From: Octopus bimaculoides
Taxonomy: Eukaryota
Assembly: GCF_001194135.2 (NCBI RefSeq)
Contig: NC_068990.1
Location: 8,518,742 to 8,578,958 of the forward strand
Direction: 5' to 3'
Length of the DNA stretch: 60,217 nt
This document shows, one piece after another, positions 50,502 through 60,217 of this stretch. The notes beneath the pieces are model-generated. The model ran no database searches and was not told the DNA's origin. It worked only from the letters and a program-made list of their open reading frames with translations. The position numbers were made by a program, and so were the translations under genes. Position 1 is the stretch's first letter; the number at the start of each line of letters is the position of its first letter.

Positions 50502-52390
50502 ACAGTATTTTACTAGGATGTTTTATAGTGTTACAATATGTCAAATGACGAGGGCAAGTATTTTGAATATTTCCAGTTCCCAGTGCTGTATACATCATGT
50601 TCTAAATAAAATATCAAAAACTTTGACGAGATTGTCAATGTGCTAGCATTTCAAGAGACAGAACCTTTCAAAAATAGCAGAATCTCTCAAACAACACTCC
50701 GCTGCTTTTAAGTTGATGACACTTTAAATGATTTAGTGCTGAGTATATTATTTTTAAAGAGACATGATCTACATGACTAGAATGTCTTTGTGCCGGTTTA
50801 ATCAAAGATGGTTGGGCTTATGCATCGAGAACATAGCATGAGGATAGAAGTAGAACAGCGTTATGCATGTATGTATGTATGTATGTATGTATGTATGTAT
50901 GTATGTATGTATATAAACATACTTTTACTTGGATGAACACAGACACAGACATATCACGTACTCCAAGATATGTACACTTAATTACTATAAAGAGGTAAGG
51001 AACTTGTTTTTTTGGAAACAAAGAAAGAAAAGGTCATGTCTGAAGAATTACCAGTTAAAATTAAGAGAGTCAATGCTTGTAATTGTGAGTCGGTGCCATT
51101 TGTAGATGTCCATACTAAGAAAAGTACAAAAAAAGTCTGTATAAACTATCACAATCTTAAAAAAAGAAAAAAAAAGGATCACTTAAAGAATAACAGAGTT
51201 GTGTTAAGTGTAAAGGGGTAGATTCATTGCAAAAAAAAAAAAGAGGTACAGTATTGTATAAGACCACTCTGCTGATTGAGTGCGTGATACGCGAAGTAGG
51301 TGAGAAAGTGAGGACACAGACGGTAACTGCGAACTATATTCAACCAGTTATAAATACAGAATATTCAAACGTTTTACTGTCTCTTTTCCATCATGGTTAC
51401 TTCAATTATGGACTCCCCTCTACTGTACACCTGTTCATGTTTATCCTATATACTACTTACATTATTCAGTTGTATTGTTCTATCAACACCCACGCATTAC
51501 TTCGAAAAGTACATCATACCGAAACGTCAGAACTGAGCACGCTTCAAACTCAAGGATTTATCCATTTTGTAGATGTTAGTATGCTCTAACAATATTTTGA
51601 ATAGAAAGGTTTTTTCCTGAGATGGAAAGCAAATTAACATTTCAAATATTGACCGGTTCAGCATCTTCTGCTACATGAATACAGAATGCTACACGAATGC
51701 ATGAATAGTAATATTTATATCAATATAAATATGAATTTACATGAATACAAATATTTATATGAATAAATACAAATGTTTATATGGCATTGGTGCAATAATA
51801 AACTTAAGTTACCTTCAAAGCGTCCGAAACCGTATAATATTGACCAGCTTTGAACTGTTTACTAAATGCTTCGAATAGGGAATATTTCAAATTGTCTATT
51901 GGATGTATGTAATATGGTCCCAGCGGAAATCACCTACTCGCGTTATAATGTTCGGAATGATAATTACTTTCTATTTATATTAAAGATGAAGTAACAATGC
52001 CGTCTCTAAAAGAGTTGACGAAATGCATAACTGAAATATACTTACATATGTGCATGTATATATATAATATAAATAGATAGATATGTATGTATGTGTATCA
52101 GTGTATAACACATATACGCACAACCTTATATATATATNNNNNNNNNNNNNNNNNNNNNNNNNNNNNNNNNNNNNNNNNNNNNNNNNNNNNNNNNNNNNNN
52201 NNNNNNNNNNNNNNNNNNNNNNNNNNNNNNNNNNNNNNNNNNNNNNNNNNNNNNNNNNNNNNNNNNNNNNNNNNNNNNNNNNNNNNNNNNNNNNNNNNNN
52301 NNNNNNNNNNNNNNNNNNNNNNNNNNNNNNNNNNNNNNNNNNNNNNNNNNNNNNNNNNNNNNNNNNNNNNNNNNNNNNNNTATATATATG

Positions 52391-52448
<58 letters not shown>

Positions 52449-53559
52449 TATTTATAGATACATATAAATATGTGTGCGAGAATGTGTTTGTGTGTTACTG
52501 TGTGTGTGCATGTGTGTGTGCCTGTAGAAAAATTCATACACATAATACGCCCATGCATATGCACATGCGTGTGCATTTACACACTGTTGTACAAAATCAA
52601 GACAGAAAGACACTTGCATACCATTAGACATCTTACACCTTACTATCACATACATTTACACGTAGACACTCGTACAAACATTCCGCCAAAGAAAGCTAAG
52701 AAACATTCCATCTCACTCAGACAACCTCCTCTAGTGCTATACCAAACACTCACATATAACAAAGTTTTATGAATCACAACGAAAACACAACACACTAAAA
52801 ACAATCGGCCACAAATACATCATTCCTTGAAAATATAATCATCCACAATAGATATGTCCTCAATTGTATAGTTAACACCTCTCACAGACATTCATAAACT
52901 CAAACACGCTTGCACACACATTTTTATGTCTGTTTTTATTTTCTCCAACACTACTGCCAAAATATCGACACCCATTCTAGTTTTAGAAACAGGCATAACG
53001 CACGCTGCCAGGTATGCATACACAGATATATGCCCTTACATAGATATCAAGAAACAAAATGCTTATGTCTATCTGTCATTTATCTATCTACATATATGTG
53101 TGTGTTTGTGTGTGTGTGTTTTTGTGTGTGTGTATGGATGCGTGTGTGTGTGCGCGGAACGATGAAAATGAGTGTTCCACACCGCATTGGTGGATACAAT
53201 TTCTTTATTTGTGTATTAAGGCTACCATTGGTTTCTTGTTAAAAAGAATATCTTAATGCCTCAGCAATTTTTCAAGCTGATCACATGTTAGAATGTATGT
53301 TGGTCTCCATTCTGCCGAATATGCTCCTTTGTCACTTCCATTATAGCTTTGAAAAATGACTGTTAAAACCGAACTGTACTCTTCAAAATTAGCACTAAGA
53401 ATAAAGACAGGGAAAATTACTATCTACTTTTATAGCAAGTTAATGCTGGTAGTTTATCCTGTCCGCCTCCAACTTTTAGCTCATGAAACAGAAAACAAAA
53501 ACGCAATATTTAAGGGATGACCCGATATATATATATGTTTGTGATGTTACGATACTTAA

Positions 53560-54880
53560 GCTGTTGTAATAACATGTTGGTTGCGTTCTGACATAAATAT
53601 CCCATCTGTACTTGGAAAAGTTGCTGTTGCTCTGTGCAATTGAAGTTTTCTGCTGTCCACTAGATAGTTCCTGCACCTACAAAGACGGGGAAATCACGGA
53701 CTCAAGCACCTCGCGCCCGTTTCTGAGGGATTGTTGTTGTTGTTGGCACTCTGTCGCTTACGACGTCGAAGGTTCCAGTTGATCTGATCAACAGAACAGC
53801 CTGCTCGAGAAAGTAACGTGCAAGTGGCTGAGCATTCCACAGACACGTGTACCCTTAACGTAGTTCTCGGAGGTATTCAGCGTGACACAGTGTGACAAGA
53901 CTGACCTTTTGCATTACAGGCACAACAGAAACAGGAAGTAAGAGCGAGAGAAAGTTGTGGTGGAAGAGTACAGCAGGGTTCGCCACCATCCGCTGCCGGA
54001 GCTTCGTGGAGCTTTAGGTGTTTTCGCTCAATAAACACTCACAACGCCCGGTCTGGGAATCGAAACCGCGATCCTATGACCGCGAGTCCGCTGCCCTAAC
54101 CACTGGGCCATTGCGCCTCCACATCTGAGGGAATATACATAGCTAAAGTGGAAAATAAACTTCATTCACAATACAATCTCCTCGAGATATCTGGATGACA
54201 CATTCATGGTTACAGGCACTGATCAACAAGGTGATACATGTAACAAACGTAAAATAGCTCTCTGCTTACATTTACAATTCAAAGGAGGTTTAAAACTTAC
54301 CTAATCTTAGATTTAAAATAGCAACTATAAACAATATACATATTACCGCAGTTTACAGGAAATAGATACAAAACATAAAAATCAAATTTCTTTGGCGAGT
54401 TTTCAAATTTTCAGCTATTAATGAAGTCTTAAATAACAGAATCCTACTCGTAAAACAGACATTAGTTAATGAACACTCTAATAAATTAAAAGACCAGCTC
54501 AAACAATATTTGAAGAAATTTACTCACGTTGATACGGCATATGCAGCACTCACTAAAGATACACAAACATCACACATTTTGTACCACACGAAGCAGATGC
54601 ACTGACGTAATGAAATGGATGAATATAATTTCAAAAAACCTAATTAAATGGAATAAAATTTGTAGCAAACCTAACCACAAATTCATAATCAGAGAATTTT
54701 ATATACTTCAGACAAATAATGAAGTACACAAAATTCATTATGAACATGAAAGATGTATACTTCATAATACAAATTGTTACATCGAACAAAAACCATTGTA
54801 CTTTTGTCAATGGTTGATGTGGGTCATATATTTAACATGAGGATGTATTGCCACTCATAATGCAGTCCGAAACGTAAAAT
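53560..54880 (+). mobile_element. Decayed Penelope-like element (RT motifs through to 3' hammerhead relic), interrupted by a SINE
   Basis: LEKLLLLCAIEVFCCPLDSSCTYKDG..PFL | SINE | YIAKVENK..RYLDDTFMV..LTFTI..LD..TAVYRK; hammerhead relic at 54830-54880. Confidence 0.75.
53731..54123 (-). mobile_element. Full-length tRNA-derived SINE with (CAA)n tail and 9-bp TSD
   Basis: Head gtggaggcgcaatggcccagtggttagggcagcggactcgcggtcataggatcgcggtttcgattccc with A and B boxes; TSD tctgaggga at 53722-53730 and 54124-54132. Confidence 0.92.
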
Positions 54881-56398
54881 TAAATAATGAACCATTTGCT
54901 TTTATTAAAAAAAGATTTAATAGTGAATTTTGCATGTAATTATAATAACGATAGAATCAGTACTAACAGTAAAATACAAACCTCAATTAAAAGCACATAT
55001 ATTATAGGTAAAAATCATGATATTATAAAATGTATGTGATTATGATCTACCCTCATAAAATTTCTAATTTAACATCAAGCGTTTTATCAGCTAAAAGTTA
55101 TTCCCATGCCCTTTTAGAATTGCTGGAGAATGCGAGACCAATTTGCAGTTACAGCAGTTTATTTTGAAAATAAAATTAAACAGATTTCAAAACGTAAACC
55201 TTCATAGATTTAGGCATTTTATTGCTCAAAACCAATATTAATGATTAACAATAAAATACGAAAAATCCTTAATAAAAAAAGACGTTAATATAGTTGTTTG
55301 TTAATATTCTGTTTGAAAAGTAGCTGTTCTCAATTTACACAAACACGCACATGCACACAAATGTGTGCATGTGTATGTGTATGTATGCCTATATATATAT
55401 ATATATATNNNNNNNNNNNNNNNNNNNNNNNNNNNNNNNNNNNNNNNNNNNNNNNNNNNNNNNNNNNNNNNNNNNNNNNNNNNNNNNNNNNNNNNNNNNN
55501 NNNNNNNNNNNNNNNNNNNNNNNNNNNNNNNNNNNNNNNNNNNNNNNNNNNNNNNNNNNNNNNNNNNNNNNNNNNNNNNNNNNNNNNNNNNNNNNNNNNN
55601 NNNNNNNNNNNNNNNNNNTATGTATGTATGTATGTATATATATATATATGTATGCTATGTATGTATGTATGTATGTACGTATGTATGCGTCTCTGTGTGT
55701 GAGTGTGTGTGTCTGTGCGTGTATGGGTATATATTCTGTCATGCTACCGTCATGCTAGGCTGCAAATTCATGATGCAGGGTAAACATGTGATGTGATGTT
55801 TTATGGCCTGGACAAACACAAACTTAGATGAGCGTGGAGATACCATGAACTTCAGCTATATCCTGCATATTTATACAAGTTTAATTATGTTAACTTTATC
55901 TTGATACCGGATATACAGAGTCAGAATCAGTGAGTGCATTGTTTACACAGTTCACTGCAACGTTATAAAAAATTGCGCTAATTCTCTAGGGTGTATAAGC
56001 ATGCAACAAAGAATTGAAATATATCTAAGAGGCAACTTTTCTCTTTGAGCATTTAAAACACTTCCTGTTGGGAGAAATATGTAATGAGGAAGATACGGGC
56101 GCTAGGAAGATGCAGCGAAGGCAGAGTACAAACTCCAGAGAAAATTAAGAGGGTGGAAGAAAGGTGAAATATTTTGTATTTGATGTGTATCATATTTAAT
56201 ATATTTTATGTGTCTAATTTGTTTTATCTTCATAATTGCCTCTATACTCGCTTAGCTGGATCCCTCTTATAGCTTTTCTTTACCTAGTGGAATGATCTCT
56301 TGTAAAGACATCGGAATCTCAGTTTGAATATTTTGAACACTATTAAGTGTCTTCTCTATGGAAAATCTCTGGATCTCATCTGTTAACTCTATGTATAT

Positions 56399-56436
<38 letters not shown>

Positions 56437-56934
56437 ATACGAATATACATATATGTGTAAGTATATGTATATACATACACATATATATTACATATAAATG
56501 TGTATGCATATATATATATATATATANNNNNNNNNNNNNNNNNNNNNNNNNNNNNNNNNNNNNNNNNNNNNNNNNNNNNNNNNNNNNNNNNNNNNNNNNN
56601 NNNNNNNNNNNNNNNNNNNNNNNNNNNNNNNNNNNNNNNNNNNNNNNNNNNNNNNNNNNNNNNNNNNNNNNNNNNNNNNNNNNNNNNNNNNNNNNNNNNN
56701 NNNNNNNNNNNNNNNNNNNNNNNNNNNNNNNNNNNNNNNNNNNNNNNNNNNNNNNNNNNNNNNNNNNNNNNNNNNNNNNNNNNNNNNNNNNNNNNNNNNN
56801 NNNNNNNNNNNNNNNNNNNNNNNNNNNNNNNNNNNNNNNNNNNNNNNNNNNNNNNNNNNNNNNNNNNNNNNNNNNNNNNNNNNNNNNNNNNNNNNNNNNN
56901 NNNNNNNNNNNNNNNNNNNNNNNNNNNNNNNNNN

Positions 56935-56997
<63 letters not shown>

Positions 56998-57477
56998 TAG
57001 ATATAGATATATGCCACAGTGGATTTGAGTGCAGGCATCTGCGTTTACACATTTGTATAATTGTATGTTTATACAAAATATCATATAAGGTTATATTGAT
57101 TGTGATGGTACAATTCTCCTACAGAATTTTGACTCCCTACACATAGTCGAAAAGAAAATCAATGGAATAATGGGAAATTTTTTTTTAAAATTCTTTATTT
57201 CTTCACTTTCTCAGTTTTCTCTTTACTACAACATCTGACGTCTCTTACAACTAACGATTCATTTATTCATTCATTTTCCTCTGACTATTCAGCAATCCTG
57301 TATTTTATCCACCATTTACTTCTTTTACGTTTTACAATGCAGTTCCTACACAGAACTGTCCGGCTAATACTAATTGCTATTCGTGTTGTGCACGTGTGCA
57401 TACTGTCAGTGTTTCTGTGTGTCGTGTGCATGTGCATTGTGTGTTTTTCGGAGAGAATGCTGTGTATTGTGGGGGAA

Positions 57478-59342
57478 TAGACAAGTTATATGTCCTTCTA
57501 GATCGGATACCGGTATACTTAGCAAAAATATTCTGGATATGTACATTCCTTCATTAACAAAAATACTTAAATTTAATTTATGGTCTAAATCTTTCCAAGT
57601 TGTAGACTCGGTCAATTCTATCGATAATAAACTAAACGCTAAACGTATCCAGTTTGATATTTGAAGCTATTATTCCTCTATCAATCCTATCATCCTTGAT
57701 AAAGCCTTGTGGTTCGTACACAATAAAGCCGGCCGATCCCGCGTTGAAATTGATGTTGTCCTAGCGGCAAGAAAACCTATCACCGAATTTGAAAAAAACT
57801 TTGGATTCGTAAAGATTGACCAGATTGCTTCGATATCCCTATGGGAAATAGCGACTCAGCACAGGTTTCTGATTTGGCCAGAATTTATATCCCATTTTAA
57901 CTAGAAGACTAATTCGCTTATATACTCGGTGGTTTATATCATGATGACTGCCCCCTTTACCTACAAAATAGCTCTAATCAAAAACTACAAAACGAACTTT
58001 AGTCAAATTTTTTACTAGTATGGTCCTAAGTATTTCCTTCGATGATGATAGAACAAGGGTTAACTTCCTCGATTGTACCCTAAACTTAAATAAGACCTTG
58101 TATTTTCCATACCATAAACCTTCAACTAACCTGAAATACATTGGCAACTTTAGTAACCACCATAACAATATAACAAAACATTTGGTTGAAACTATATCGT
58201 TTAGAATATCTAAATTACCGGACAACGAAACCGTGTTCAATATTAATGCTGATTTTTATAACTCAGCTTTACATAAAGTAGAATATAAGGAATAAATTAA
58301 ATATTATAACCAACTTGTACCTAACTCTCCCTCTTACCGTCTCATTGATAATAATTATAGTATTAATAATAATTATAGTAGTAATAATAACAATAATTAT
58401 ACTAATAGCAATAACTAATAATAACATTATCAACAGTAATAAACACAATAACAAGAGTACTTATTTTGTTCCTACTGTCGTCAATAATCCAAATAAAACC
58501 CCATTTCATCAAAATATCCATATTCCTTACCTTCGTAATCCCCAAAACAGACAGTCAAAGGGAAGTAACTATGCTTCCCCATCCTTTTTACGCTACTTTA
58601 AAAATAACACTAGGTTTTTTTTAATAATAAATCTTGCAATGAATCACGGAACCCTGGCAAAAGTACCCATACGGAAAACAAGTAAAATGTAACCTTCTCC
58701 TCTTATTTCGTCAAGCTATAGAAAGAAAATTCTCCATTAATTCAAAGTACCACTCCATTTTCAATACACACATTGTATCAGAATAGGTTTCTCTTACACC
58801 ACCAATATCTCACAAATTATATCATCACATAACAGCGATATTCTACAAATTAACAGTATCTCTCCTTATAACTCTAATAATATTAACAATATTAACGATA
58901 ATTTCTCCTCACATGATAATATCAATGACTTTAGATCTTGCAACTGTGGCCCAAATAAAACCTGTGTCTAATGGAAATTTCCGTATTAAAAATACCGTGT
59001 ACCAATTCAAGTTTATCTCTGGAACCAAGGATGTTTTTTCTATACTGGATTATCTGCTACGGATTTGAAATCCAGACAGGCGAACCACATCTCTACCTTC
59101 ATATACAATCGTAAACGTAATTACACAAGAATTATTAAAGTAATCTAGCAACTTAAAGACTTTAACAAACTTTTTTTCTTTAGATTGCAAACATTTATCC
59201 AGATTATTCCCCTATGACAAAAGGAAATCTCTCTGTCCTTTCTGTACGGAAGAGCAATTTTCTATCCCCTTTTCCACACATAAAACGTTTACGGAGCGAG
59301 ATTACACCGACTCCAACTGTGTTACATGGTGAGACGTAGAGT
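57478..59342 (+). mobile_element. Nearly complete but pseudogenised Penelope-like element (RT + GIY-YIG)
   Basis: RQVICPSRSDTGILSKNILD..NLW..IQFDI*SYYSSI..DKAL..FDIPMGNSDSAQVSDL..VVYYHDD..VNFLDCTLNLNKTLYFPYHKPSTNLKYIGNFSNH..CNCGPNKTC..NTVYQF..YTGLSATDLKSRQANH..LCPFCTEE; several stops and frameshifts. Confidence 0.9.
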
Positions 59343-59570
59343 AGTTGCCACATGTAGCAAATCTAGCACATTCTCAGACATGTGACAAATTCTGCAAAAC
59401 TAACATGTCTAGATTAGGTGAAGAAATAGAGCACCAAAAGACAATTATTCATAATAAGCTTTAACAGTACATAATTTTTTAAACAAATCCTTGACAGTCA
59501 TAATTTTGATGGTATCTTTCCAATAGCATATTTTCAGAATTGAATGTAACAGCATTCCACACGAACACAG

Positions 59571-59640
59571 TGAAGGTATAAGGTCAAGTGGTTAAAGTGT
59601 TCAGGTCATGATCATAAAGTAAGGAGTTCAATTCCAGAAG
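59571..59640 (+). mobile_element. tRNA-like SINE head fragment
   Basis: aggtcaagtggttaaagtgt..ggagttcaattcca (A/B-box-like); no acceptor stem, so not a tRNA gene. Confidence 0.5.
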
Positions 59641-59799
59641 TGGGTGGGGCAAAAATCTCGTTTTTTATAAATAGGATCTACCCCGTACCTAATAATAATT
59701 TTTGCAAATTATCTTTTCTTTTTTTATTTATTATTACTTCTCATAAACTTTGTTCCTCCCTTTATCTTTTATGTATCCAATTTTGCCCGTTCCTTTCCT

Positions 59800-59800
59800 C

Positions 59801-59849
<49 letters not shown>
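59800..59849. repeat. (CT)n microsatellite
   Basis: Direct reading. Confidence 0.95.
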
Positions 59850-59850
<1 letters not shown>

Positions 59851-60217
59851 TTTAACTTTGTTTTCTCCTTTTCCCCTCCCTATTTATCTATAACTTCTCT
59901 TCTCTCACCATAGGGAGTATATTTCCTTAACGGCATTTCAAATATTAGCCTTCCCTTCACATCTTAGATTTCCATATATGTATATGCGTGTATATTTGTA
60001 TTTGTTCTTGTATGTATGTATACTATGTATGCGTACAAATGTGTGTATGTGTTTATGTAAATATGTGTTTGAGTAAATATGAGTTTGGGTGTATCTATAC
60101 ATTGGGTATGAATATGATCTTGTACGTATATATGTGTGTGTAAGTGTATTTATGTGTGTAAGTACGTGGTTGTACACGCTTATAAATGTATGCGTATATA
60201 TATATATATATATATAT

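Noticed and set aside
51470-51574. 105-nt exon candidate (LYCSINTHALL..FVD)
   Set aside because: It overlaps a hammerhead-like repeat relic and two frames are open, so it is uninformative.
53556-53676. Minus-strand exon candidate with a strong acceptor (VQELSSGQQ..YRWDIYVRTQP)
   Set aside because: The plus strand is better explained as Penelope RT sequence continuous across the SINE.
54050-54123. tRNA-like sequence (also 43251-43320, 15197-15260, 59571-59640)
   Set aside because: These are SINE heads with A/B boxes but no complete cloverleaf, embedded in elements with tails or TSDs.

Overview
This is AT-rich, repeat-dense eukaryotic DNA with many microsatellites and 10 assembly gaps (about 3.2 kb of N in total). 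The SINE, Penelope and maT repeat families look like those I associate with octopod cephalopod genomes; that is an inference from repeat recognition, not a database result. No intact gene, tRNA or rRNA gene, or CRISPR array is present. Most long ORFs in the supplied track are artefacts of microsatellites, N-gaps or antisense transposon reading. What can be supported is a set of decayed transposable elements: about ten Penelope-like (PLE) fragments of at least two GIY-YIG types, including one nearly complete RT+GIY-YIG copy at about 57.5-59.3 kb; two CR1/L2-type LINE pieces; three mariner and two maT-like (DD37D) remnants; a Helitron helicase remnant; a long-TIR MITE; and several tRNA-derived SINEs, two of them with clear TSDs. 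A few plus-strand segments with good splice signals (820-910, 13512-13642) may be exons of an unidentified host gene. The most unusual signal is a 36-nt minimal hammerhead-ribozyme-like fold found three times in a terminal repeat that abuts (TA)n. All three copies carry the same non-canonical core change (CUGU instead of CUGA), and several other hammerhead relics lie nearby. I did not find a confidently novel protein-coding system.
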